DNA of 64,000 nt. It comes from Haliotis rubra (taxonomy: Eukaryota). The notes beneath the pieces are model-generated. The model was not told where the DNA came from, ran no database searches, and worked only from the letters and a program-made list of their open reading frames with translations. Every line of letters starts with the position of its first letter. Position 1 is the first letter of the stretch. Location of the stretch: contig NW_025766203.1 in assembly GCF_003918875.1 (NCBI RefSeq), forward strand, positions 1,426,001 to 1,490,000, in the 5' to 3' direction. This document shows positions 51,605-63,323 of this stretch, piece after piece. A program made the translations under genes and the position numbers.

Positions 51605-53589
51605 TACATAAAATGTGGATGAAAGCATTGACAATGTGAAATACATTTGGTGGACCTTCAACATTGCTTTTGCGAAGTTGTTTGTTTCCGTAAAATCCAG
51701 GCTGTGTTATCACATTTTCGAAGCTGATCGGTTATATGACGGAAACGAAACAAATGGTTCTTGCTACAAATACTTAGCAAGGGATGCAGAGGATCTTATA
51801 ATAGTTTATCAAATGATAGGGCCATAGGTAGCACGGTGACTTATGTGTTGATCACGTAAATCCTGATACGATTCAATTTGTCCCTGTAAACAATTAGTGT
51901 CATTTTACAAATTATAAATCCGGAGGGACCTTGGTTGAATGTGGCCATAGTGTTTTACCATACTTGGATCATTAAACCACACTCAGAAATATTCCAGGTA
52001 TGTCCAGGCAGCTTGTAGATTACATGTATATAGTTTTAACCAGACTCCACGGGTTGACAGCCGTTGGGGCACGATTACAAATCAACCAGAACCCGAACCA
52101 CATCGTCCTGTGTATTAGGCGACTCCTACGGAATGCGTATATTTCTAGGAACCTATTTTGTACCAGAATACAGACAGACTAAATCAGTTCACTCACTCCT
52201 CGTATTGCTCTGCATGTAGCTTTCCCTGAATCAATGCTTCAGAGCTTGCGTGTATTCAAATAATTATACTTACACCCACATCTTATTTTACCCATCAATG
52301 ATCTCTAGTCTGGAGGAGATGCATATCTCGAGGTTCTTCTTTCATGCTAAACATTGAATGATAGATTTAGAAAAATAACACATAAAATTTTGTTCCCCGA
52401 ATCGTCTTAACTATAACTCTTTGAACACGTATTCGTCCACTATGTCAAGGAGCTCCGTTCTCCATCTGACACGATATGCCCTTTGATGTCTCAGAATGGT
52501 CGGCTGAAATCAGCCAAAAATGTTATCATAACTATGAATAAAGATGAACCTCACTGAAAAGGTCTAGTTTGAGTTCATCTCAACAATTTTACATGCAAAC
52601 GAGATTTGGAGTCAGCGATAGGTGTATATCATGTACAATGCATTGCAATATTGCTGTCTAATGTGTGATTGATGTGCACAAGTTTTACAATTTGCATGGC
52701 TCGACAGAATTGGTTTATTGCCCTTATACATCTCCGTTTGTGTCTGAAATATAATGCCCACGACCATGGAAGATAAAACTGCTTCATTCATACATGATGC
52801 TAAATACATTATCTTGCTAAACCACAATTTCATTGTAATTCAGTGGACGCAGTACGAATTTGTTACATATCGCGAAACAGGACGTAGAAAGAAGATTCAC
52901 AACGAATACCATCTTCGCTGATCCAGGGATTTCCATATTTCCATCCTATTCAACACCCTGGACCCCCTTGAAAATCAAAACTTCGTTTCGGACGAGACGT
53001 CACGATATTCAATATATCTGTTATGTATGAGCGAGGGAAATGCTAATTATTCAAAGCTTTCTAAACAAAGTTTTGTTCTAAGTAATCTGATCATAATACC
53101 TGCATGATACCCTGAGTTAATGGGAAAACGATGATTTCCCGTTGTTGTGTCATGACCATTCTCCCGGAGCAATTGGTTGGACCCTACATCTTAAACCAAG
53201 CTGAGAAGAACGCACATGCAAGGCATTGATTATAAAAGACAGTCACATTCCCTTCCTTGTGCATGTCAAAATGTAACAGTTCCGTATGAGAGAGGAAAGT
53301 AGATAGTGCGTCTTTTAAAGTTATGATAGAAGAAGGGCGAGCTCTTTGTATGCTTTCCAAATCAAACTACATGTGCCCCGTGTCAAGCCTTAATGTGTAA
53401 GTGTCATTCTCATTTACGTTTACCCTGACCTTGCATACAACGACGATCTGAACTAATAAGGTTTTAGTGCGGTCGATATACAGATATTATTATAGGAATA
53501 TTTATACAATCGCATAATAATCATTTTTCAGTTACAAAAGATATCCATGGAACCTTTTCACTGGATTTTGTATTCCCGTTTAATGGATA

Positions 53590-53724
53590 CTCTATTCCGC
53601 TCTCTTTCATTTCATTCATTTCTCCCCTCTCTCTCCCTCTCCCCCTCTCTCCTGCCTCTCCCTCTCTCACTCTTCCTCTTCCTCTAAACTGTCACTCTTC
53701 CTCTATACGGCTATACTGTCTTAT

Positions 53725-53770
<46 letters not shown>

Positions 53771-53862
53771 CTATTAGGGAGGGTCATTCATACTCTCTCT
53801 CTCTCTCATCACACTCTCTCTCTCTCTCTCTCACTCTCCTCTCATACACTCTCTCTAGTGTA

Positions 53863-53897
<35 letters not shown>
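53590..53897. repeat. Imperfect (CT)n microsatellite
   Basis: Directly visible. Confidence 0.95.
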
Positions 53898-53899
<2 letters not shown>

Positions 53900-54150
53900 C
53901 ATGGTGCAAACGCATGCCCCGCGGGCAGCAATCAAAAAGTTATTATGTTCCGTTCTTAATCAACTGAGTGATTTTATGCCGACTGATGAGAATAACCGCG
54001 GGTGACAATGCGAACTGACAATTAGTCATATTGGCGACAATTTACTATAATGACCGACTCATTCATTGTCCTGTCACGTGATATAAATTCCATCATAGTT
54101 ATCAGACACAGCATCAGCCCTCTACACCCGGTCGTAACATTACATGGCCT

Positions 54151-54318
54151 AGAGTGAGTGAGTGAGTTTAGTTTTACGTCGCTTTCAGCAATATTCCAGC
54201 AATATCACGGCGGGGGACACCAGAAATGGTCTTCACACATTGTGCCCATGTTGGGAATCGAACCCGGGTCCTCGACATGACCAACGAACTCCTTAACTAC
54301 AGGCTTCCCTACCGCTCC
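54151..54318 (-). mobile_element. tRNA-derived SINE family B (K2P intron)
   Basis: Matches family B; B-box reverse complement ggaatcgaacc. Confidence 0.85.
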
Positions 54319-54536
54319 ACATTGCCCAGATGTTTGGCAGATACATAACGTTTGTTAACACTATATCAGCGACATCTATGCCGTGTATATGTATATTTTA
54401 TGGAAAACATTGTACAAGAGTTGCCTCCCTTTGGACGCCAGGAGCTGCAGTTGTGTAATTCGCTATACAGAGTTGCCTCCTTTGAGCACGCCAGGAACCG
54501 GTTCGTCCAGATCACGTTAAGTACTATGCGTTCCAG

Positions 54537-54643
54537 GGCCCTGTTCGTGAAAGCGATGGTAGCGCTAAGGTGATCGTAACTCCCATACTTTAACACAGAC
54601 TTACGACTGTCGTAGCGCTAGGATCGCTTTGAGGAACGGAGCC
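54537..54643. mobile_element. Harbinger-like MITE, CAG TSD
   Basis: cag|ggccctgttc...aaagcgat...atcgcttt...gaacggagcc|cag; near-palindromic. Confidence 0.8.
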
Positions 54644-54718
54644 CAGTACCATATCAGTGCTCGTGGGTTTTTAGGGTAAAGCGTCAGAGACCTGCATCAC
54701 TTTCCTCCCAGATCAAGC

Positions 54719-54945
54719 TGGGTTAGAATTGGTCTGCTTCAAACCATGGTTATGGCGGCAGTCTGTAAATAATCAAGTCTGGACCAGACAACCCAGTGAT
54801 CAACAGCAAGAGCATCGATCTACGCAATTGGGATACGATGACATGTGTCAACCAGGTCAGCGAGTATGACCACCCGATCCGGCTAGGCTTCTAACGACAG
54901 GCATGGGTTGCTGAAGATCAATTCTAACCCGGATCTTCACGGGTC
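54719..54945 (-). mobile_element. SINE-like family A preceded by an inverted head fragment (K2P intron)
   Basis: Minus copy 54750-54945; a plus-oriented gggttagaattggtc fragment at 54721. Confidence 0.85.
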
Positions 54946-55203
54946 CACCAGGTGAATGAAACTCTATACATGTGATAAGATAACAAGGGGAACCAGTAGT
55001 TACAACTACTGGTTCCCTTGTTATCTTCCCTTGTTATCTTCCCTTGTTATCTGTAATTAAAGTCGTGTCCATCAAAACAAAAGAAGTTGTCATCCATAAA
55101 TTCTTGCCTATATTGAAACTGTTCTCTAACAACCACGCGGTTATATTTCTGTAATAATCATCATCACGACATTACACCCCGTGTCATCACGCCTATCAAA
55201 CAA

Positions 55204-55560
55204 GGTGAGGTGAGGTGAAATTGGATTTTACGTCGTACTTGAGAATATTTCGCTCATATGACGACGTGCATGCGTGTGTATGTGTATGTGCGGGTGCTTG
55301 TACTAGCCCAGACTGAAGCTGGTTTTATAGTGCTAGCCCACTGACATACCATGCCGCAGTGAAGCATGAATACCCCACTCAGACACATTATACTGACTCC
55401 GAGCCGACCAGTCCTTGCTGTACCCATTAATGCCGAGCGCCAGGTAGGGACCAACAAGTACCATATTTTAACGTCTTTTGGTATGACGCGGTCGGGGATC
55501 GAACCCGCGACCTTCCGCTCTCCGGGCTGACGCTCTAACCACTACACCACGGAGGCAGTC
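55204..55560 (-). mobile_element. SINE family C (K2P intron)
   Basis: TSD cctatcaaacaa on both sides. Confidence 0.92.
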
Positions 55561-56206
55561 CCTATCAAACAACACTACAGAGGCCTTCAGTGTGGTTTCA
55601 AAGCTAATGTTCATTCTTTTGAGCTTTCTGGTTTATCGACCAAAATCTGGAAAGATTTCCAAGAATAAGCCGGCGTCATTCTGTGAACGGAATGACACCT
55701 CCAATCTGAACCTCGAGTGTTTCATTTATTCATCAGCTCAGATTCATCATAACCATGTGTACACAATACAACTAGCGTGTAAACATTTGTACTAATATTG
55801 TACTAATGTATTAAACACTAGTGCTGGGTACGTCGATCAATTGCATATTGTCCTGTTGCAACAGCTAACAGCAAGGATTCTAATAGTATTTACGTTGAAA
55901 ACACAATGACTGATGGCTTAAGTACACATCCCAACACAGACATCATCATGGAGTGTGTTGTTTCATGTGAAACAATACATCAGACCTATGAAATATATAT
56001 GATGCAGTATGTGTGTATTGTCCTTGAAGCCACACATGACTGTGCAATACATTACAAGTAATTGACATGCATGCCAACAATTATGTACAAGAGGAATACT
56101 TAATACGTTTACCTCCCTTTTCCCAATGGAGTATATAACTGCAATGCAATGAAGTCGGGTTCAATCAGGTTTTCTTAACATGTGAATTATTTGACATTAA
56201 CGTAGG

Positions 56207-56543
56207 TGAGATGAAATGGTGTTTAACGTCGCATGTTTCGCTCATATGACGACGTGCATGCGTTTGCATGTGTGGCTGGTTGTACTAGCCCAGACTTAAG
56301 CTGGTTTTATAGTGCTAGCTCACTGAGATACCATGCCGCAGTTAAGCATGAATGCCCCACTCAGACACATTATTCTGACTCCGAGCCGACCAGTCCTTGT
56401 TGTACCCATTAATGCCGAGCGCTAGGCAGGGACCAACAAGTACCATATTTTAACATCTTTTGGTATGACGCGGCCGGGGATCGAACCCGCGACCTTCCGC
56501 TCTGCGGGCAGACGCTGCAACCACTATACCACGGTGGCGGACC
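56207..56543 (-). mobile_element. SINE family C, more diverged (K2P intron)
   Basis: Family C body; imperfect TSD gacattaacgtagg / gatattaacatagg. Confidence 0.88.
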
Positions 56544-57215
56544 GATATTAACATAGGCGCTTGCGGGGTAATGACATAGGCGTCGACTAATTATCGGAAT
56601 TAGCGCTGAAAGTAATGGATTTAAATGGGTCAATTCTTGAATAATTGAGCTGGAATTCGGTATAGTTTTCTCTGATGAGTGGGGGCGGTGGGGTAGCCTA
56701 GTGGTAAAGGGTTCGCATGTCACACCGAAAACCCGGGTTCGATACATTCGATACATACATTCAATATAGTTACCGTTATATAGTCATTAAAAGGACAATG
56801 ATATGTCGGCAATGGGTCCACACTGTAAGGTGATCAACAAATCAGGTTGAGTATGTATTAATATTGCATCAAATCCACTATCTAAATTGTATGTGCACAT
56901 TATTACCCATCAATGGATCACAACAGTATCCATGAGATTTTCATTCTCAACTCCCTGGGGATAATATAACCCAACATGCGTTCTGAGGTTTTGTAGGGGT
57001 TAATACTTGACACTGTCCCGGATACCCACTTAATGTTAAGTAGTATATTTCAAACAGAGATACTTGTCAAGTAGAAGTCACTTGATGAATAACTGAAATA
57101 GCATCATTATCTGAGGCGTGCTGTTTTTCCAAACGCTAATTACACAAGATAGTAAAACTGTAAAAAGTTAAAGTTAAACATTGCAGCACAACTAACTCGA
57201 TCCTTCATCCAGACT

Positions 57216-57388
57216 GGGCGGTGGGGAAGCCTAGTGGTTAAAGCGTTCGCTCGTCACGCCGAAGGCACGGGTTCGATTCCCCACATGATTACAATGTGTG
57301 AAGCCCATTTCTGGTGTCCCCCCGCCGTGATATTGCTGGAATATTGCTAAAAGCGGCGTAAAATCAAATTCACTCACTCACTCACTCA
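57216..57388 (+). mobile_element. tRNA-derived SINE family B, full length with 13-bp TSD
   Basis: TSD cttcatccagact at 57203-57215 and 57389-57401; intact A/B boxes; (ACTC)n tail. Confidence 0.93.
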
Positions 57389-57405
57389 CTTCATCCAGAC
57401 TCGTA

Positions 57406-57575
57406 CTGACTGACTGACTGAGTTTAGTTTTACGCCGCTTTTAGCAATATTCCAGCAATATCACGGCGGGGGACTCCAGAAATGGGCTTAACACATTGTG
57501 CCCATGTGGGGAATCGAACCCGGGTCTTCGGCGTGACGAGCCAACGCTTTAACCTCTAGGCTACCCCACCGCCCC
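57406..57575 (-). mobile_element. tRNA-derived SINE family B, full length with 12-bp TSD
   Basis: TSD tccagactcgta at 57394-57405 and 57576-57587. Confidence 0.93.
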
Positions 57576-57582
57576 TCCAGAC

Positions 57583-57702
57583 TCGTAACGCCGAAGACGC
57601 GGGTTCGATTTTCCACATGGTACAATGTGTGAAGCCTATTTCTGGTGTCCCCCGTCATGATGTTGTTGGAACATTACTAAAAGCGGCGTAAAACCCACTC
57701 AC
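57583..57702 (+). mobile_element. SINE family B, 5'-partial older copy
   Basis: cgccgaagacgcgggttcgatt...aaaagcggcgtaaaacccactc. Confidence 0.8.
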
Positions 57703-59327
57703 CCCCTGTTATTTGTCCAAAGCATACGAATCAATACGACCCAATACACACGCATACGATAACATGTTTTAATACTGCTCCAGTTTGCCGTTTCTCGACA
57801 ACACAATTTACGCTTATCATAAGTCGTGATCATCCTTGGTAAAGCGCGACAGCAGTCATACCACGCTTGATCTACGTTTCACCTTACAAGACCGTCATGG
57901 TGAGAGCAAATCACCACGGGCGACTCGATACAGAAAACCACTTTTGGATTTCTATGTACCAGGCATCAGACAATGCTCCTCTAATTATTGAGCTTCTCAA
58001 TTTACTTATTTGTATTTACAATCGTTTTCATCATTTGTCCCAACAAATATAGCTTAGGAAAACGTATTTACAAACGATGACACGTCGATTACAATGATAG
58101 ATTACTCAATTAACCAATCTCCCAGAGGCGCTTCGGGCCGCCGATATTCTATACCAGCTACCCCTCCGTGAGGAGCGATACGTCACATTCGGGCTGACAG
58201 AAGCATTAACTCTGTGGTGGCAAGATTGAATCGCCTCCTGACAACTCAAATATTTATCAGAATTTAATTTCACTGGGTCGTATTAATACGCAAACATCAC
58301 TTTATCACAGAGAAATGATTTTCTCTGTGACAAAAGTGGGAGTATCCGTTGCAGTCAACATGGGAAATGTGAAACCGGCTTGGTGTGAATCGCGAATCAA
58401 ATCAGGCTGAATAGATTACAGTGTGGCATTTCAGAAAACATGGAAGTTTGGGCGAGTAAATTGGAGTAAACAAAGAGTGACATATCAAGGGAGGGACCCT
58501 TTCATCTCCTGGGAATGGCCCTGAATAATGATTTACATTGAAATGCATCGTATTAATATAGATAATTGGCATGTTCTTATGTTCCCAGTGAAAGCAAGGC
58601 GTGCCTTCTTGTGACCGTATATTTCAAGTTTGAGGGATGTGCACAAATATACTGAACCTCTAAAGATACTGATCTAGTTACCCACCTGGATATTGTAATC
58701 ATTTTGCTGAGGTAAACATTTATTCTTTAACTTTAAACGATAGTGTCAGGGATATGTCCATACGTCGTATATAAAACAGAACATGGAAGTGTTGTTTGAG
58801 CAAAACCAAATGCAGTGGCTGGAGGTGAGGTGTCCATCAGCCACATTTTGGGACTTTTGGTCTGTCTGGTAGAAACAGAATCAGATAAACCTGGTATCAG
58901 ATAAAAATAAGTACCTCATGTGAATATACTTTCACTCCGCTTTTGCAATATTCCAGCATTATCACTGCACTGGTAATCAGAAATGGGATCCTCGTATTGT
59001 ACTAAGGTGAGCAATTTTACCAGGTTCCTCGAGGTGACGAACGGACAGTTTGATCACAAGGCTCCCTTTATGAGGACATTTCAACTCAGAGCTCATGTAA
59101 TTAAAGGGGTTAAACGTATATTTGAGGCTGTTTGTGCTCTACAAAACATAGGCCGGTTCCCTAGTGCTAGTTCACTCACGTGACATGCCGCTTCTCCGCA
59201 CTGACACCCCATTTATGCTCGTGTATACTTCGAACCGGCCAGACCTCGTTTTATCCGAGACAATCAAAATACCGATAATCTGCCCTCGGTAGAGGGTGGA
59301 TACATGGAGATGCAGGGAGCCGCTGCA

Positions 59328-60503
59328 AGTGAGTGGGTGAGTGAGTGTGTTAGTGAATGAGTGACTGAGTGATTGAGTGTGAGTGAGGGCAGTGGGAGTG
59401 AATGTGTTAGTGAGTGACTGAGTGACTGAGTCAGTGTTAGTGATTGACTGAGTCAGTGTGTTAGTGAGTGAGTGACTGAGTGACTGAATCAGTGTTAGTG
59501 AATGAGTGAGTGTGTAAGTCAGTGAGTGAGTGAGGGACTGAGTGACTGAGGCTGTGATAGTGAGGGACTGAGTGAGTGAGTGTGTTAGTGTGTGAGGGAC
59601 TGAGTGACTGAGTCAGTGTGAGTGACTGAGTGAGTGTGATAGTAAGTGACTGAGGGACTGAGTCAGTGTTAGTGAGGGACTGAGTGTGTGAGTGTGTTAG
59701 TGAGTGAGTGAGGGACTGAGTGTGTAAGTGAGTGAGTGAGTGTTAGTGAGGGACTGAGTGAGTGTGTTAGTGAGTGAGTGAGTGTTAGTGAGGGACTGAG
59801 TGAGTGTTAGTGAGTGAGTCAGTGTTAGTGAGTGAGTGAGTATGTTAGTGAGTGAGTCAGTGTTAGTGAGGGACTGAGTGAGTGTGTTAGTGAGTGAGTC
59901 AGTGTTAGTGAGGGACTGAGTGAGTATGTTAGTGAGTGAGTGAGTGTTAGTGAGGGACTGAGTGAGTGTGTTAGTGAGTGAGTGTGTTAGTGAGTGAGTG
60001 TGTTAGTGAGTGAGTGAGAGTGAGTGAGTGAGTGTGTTAGTGAGTGAGTGTGTTAGTGAGTGAGTCAGTCAGTGTTAGTGAGGGACTGAGTGAGTGAGTG
60101 TGTTAGTGAGTGAGTGAGTAAATCTGTCAGTGTTAGTGAGTGACTGAGTGAGTGAGTGTTTTAGTGAGTGAGTGAGTGCGTTAGTGAATGAGTCAGTGTG
60201 TTAGTGAGTGAGTCAGTGTAAGTGAGGGACTGAGTGAGTGAGAGTGTTAGTGAGTGAGTGAGTGAGTCAATGTTAGTGAGGGACTAAGTGAGTGAGTGTG
60301 TTATTGAGTGAGTAAGTGAGTCAGTGTTAGTGAGGGACTGAGTGAGTGAGTGTGTTATTGAGTGAGTAAGTGAGTCAGTGTGAGTGAGGGACTGAGTGAG
60401 TGAGTGTTTTAGTGAGTGAGTGAGTGTGTTAGTGAGTCAGTGAGTGTGTTAGTGAGTGAGCGAGTGAGTGAGTGAGTAACTGTGTGAGTGAGGGACTGAG
60501 TGA
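59328..60503. repeat. Complex (TGAG)n microsatellite with gtgttagtgagggactga sub-units
   Basis: Directly visible, about 1.2 kb. Confidence 0.95.
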
Positions 60504-61519
60504 CATCATCCCAGTTTTACCACTGCGTGTAGTGTAGGAGAAACGCCAGATATGATTCAAGTCTCAGACGTTTACCACATCGACGAAACCCACAAACATG
60601 ACGATCGGCTCACAAACCTAGAAACATCATCAAGTCGAACTGGCATTCAAACTCACAACCCAAGGTTTCTAGCGCCCAAGTCCACTTTGTAACGGAAGAC
60701 GCTACAGCTGACCCTCCTAATGCGAGTAAGGTTCAAATGTAACGCCAATTTCGTCGTTCTTGAGCGTAAATGCAAAATCATTACTCGTGGGATGATTAAT
60801 GCACGTCCACGCTATCAATGTACAGATGTTTACACATGTCTGAAAAACCTGTCGGAGCCATTCAGAGTCCACCCTAATCCTTCTTGTGCGAGGTTATTGA
60901 CATACGATACAGCTGTGTACAGTTTCACAGTCACAAACGTCAAATAACGTCTCTCAAGCAGAAACACACGTGAATGTCGGTATAGTCCAGTATACGTAGA
61001 TTGTGACATCTCGTGGAGACACAATATAAATCTGACCCCAATCATCCAATTGCTGGCTTTGTCAGCGCTCTCAGTCTGACCCGATCATCATGATCAGACG
61101 CTGTGATGCTCATTCCGCCTCATCTGAACCCGATGGTGCACAATGCTTCTTTTGTATCTACCGGTCTGGTCTCCCACAGAGACTTCTTATCATATTCTGT
61201 TTTCATTATGTGAAAGTTGTGATAAAGGCTATTAGATGCCATTAGATGTCAAATAACTACACTGGGTCAACACATCCTGGGGAATATTTCATGCTACGTT
61301 TGCAACATTAGGTTTCGTCTTTCCAAGGCTTTTGGTTTCAGAAAGAGTTACTGTATCATTTGTCGAGTTTGCATTGTGTAACCTACATTTTGGCCTCATC
61401 CTTTGGGTGTGGACTCAGATAAGGTCTTTAGTTCAGCTGGACCTTCGTTCTGGGGAAATAATTGGGCCTCGTTGTTAAATGATTATTGAAACTTAAATCG
61501 CAGTACCATGCATCGAGAC

Positions 61520-61747
61520 GGGTGTAGAACCGGATTAGAATTGGGCTTCAGTAGCCGATACTTAAGAGGCGACTAACGGGATCGGGTGGTCAGGCTCGCT
61601 GACTTGGTTGTCACGATCTACACAATTTGGATACCATGACATGTGTCAACCAAGTCAGCGAGCCTGACCACCCGATCCCCTTAGTCGCCTATGCCGACAA
61701 GCATGGGTTACTGAAGACCAATTCTAACCCGGATCTGGTTTACACCC
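61520..61747. mobile_element. Fold-back pair of family A 5' halves
   Basis: 61567-61610 is the reverse complement of 61647-61690 (44 bp, one mismatch); outer arms are also complementary. Confidence 0.9.
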
Positions 61748-61823
61748 TTCCCAATACAGCTGCATAATCGTTTTCGTTCCAAATACATACACGTTCATAA
61801 CAATGTTTTCTTTCTTTTTTCAG

Positions 61824-62452
61824 GCTACGGACACCTGACCCCTCGTACTTTCTGGGGTCGCCTAGCAACCATAATATACGCCATAGTGGGGATTCCCCTT
61901 ACTCTTCTCTGCCTCACCAACATTGGCACCTTCATGGCAAAGTGTTTTCGGTTCTTTTGGAAAAAGATCCCTCGGTGCCGATGCGAGAAAAGAAGCTACC
62001 AGGGGAGGATCCTTCATCGAAAGTCCGACCGAGGCAGAACAAGCTATACATACGGAAATGAAGAAACAGTGGACAGTGTTGTGGAGAGTCCACCCGAACA
62101 AAACAACACTCTTGTCAGAATACCAATTTTTGTGTGCCTATTGCTCCTCGCAGGGTATATATTCCTTGGAGCCATGTTGTTCACTCTGTGGGAGCCGGAA
62201 TGGAACTATTTGGAAGGGTCGTACTTCTGTTTCATAACCCTGAGTACGATTGGGTTTGGAGACTATGTACCTGGATATCATCATGACTCGTGGCACAACC
62301 AAGCGAAACGCGTTTCATGTACCTTGTACCTTTTGTTCGGACTTGCTTTGATATCAATGTGCTTCGACCTGATCCAGTCTGAAGTTAGGGAAATATTCAA
62401 AGGCTTAGCCAGAGCAATGGGGATATCTAAATCTGGACCTGACAGGGTTTGA
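61824..62452 (+). CDS. K2P potassium channel, coding exon 2: rest of P1 (GYGH), M2, M3, P2 (TIGFGD), M4, short C-tail
   Basis: Acceptor tttctttctttttttcag|GC at 61823/61824 completes G-GC (Gly), giving TIGYGHLTPRTFWGRLATIIYAIVGIPL...YFCFITLSTIGFGDYVPG...LYLLFGLALISMCF, stop TGA at 62450-62452. 514+629 nt = 380 aa + stop. Confidence 0.95.
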
Positions 62453-62606
62453 ACAGAACCAGATCTTTACTTACTATTGTACTGGGACCACAGACAAATG
62501 GATTTGGATTGTACAAAGAAGTATTGTCTTGTAATTGTGTAGTGTTTGTGTAGGTATCAGACTGTTCTATGAGGTACGGCTCAACGTCTACCACAATACG
62601 TGGGTG

Positions 62607-62612
62607 AATAAA
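62607..62612 (+). terminator. Candidate polyadenylation signal for the K2P gene
   Basis: First AATAAA about 155 nt after the stop codon; no transcript evidence. Confidence 0.3.
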
Positions 62613-63194
62613 GAACACGGACATACTTGATCCAGGAATTCAATGCAAATCGTTGTGACCCATATTCAAGAACATTATTCCTGTTTTTAAGGTTACGCCA
62701 TTGACCTTCGATGTCATTTCCTCACCAGGAAAATGGCAAGCAACTCTGAATGTTGATGAAGTAATTATGACCAAACATATATAGCATCGGATGTACTTAA
62801 GGTTAATTTGAAACAAATAATCTAATTTGCTTCATGTTGACCCGGTAGGTCAGCGATTTGTACAAGATGCAATGAAGTCGCACGAAATCATCGACTATAA
62901 CGAACTCGACCCTGACACATACTTTCATGTTTTTAAACACTGCCCAGGTGACGAGGGAATATAGCTTGATCATAAACCTGAGCTACATTTATAACTGACT
63001 AAGGCATCCAATCATGATTTAATGCAGGTGGGTACAAATAACCAAATCTTCAAATTGCGATGTCAAAGTTCAAGGTTGATTCCGTTACCTATTTGTCTTC
63101 TGAAGGACAAAGGAATGTCCTGATATTGTGTCATAGCCTTATGGGAGATATCGAACTTAAAACTCGATATTTAAATCAGTAACGACGCATCATA

Positions 63195-63323
63195 TACTGG
63201 ACAAAAATATTTAGGGATATGTGTAAATTTTGAAATTATGAATAATGATCTATATATTCATTGATGCACTGACAAAACAGCTATCATTAAAATACAAATA
63301 TCCCTAATTTATTTTGTCCAGTA
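63195..63323. mobile_element. Tc1/mariner-type MITE
   Basis: TIR tactggacaaaaatatttagggatat / atatccctaatttattttgtccagta, TA flanks. Confidence 0.85.
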
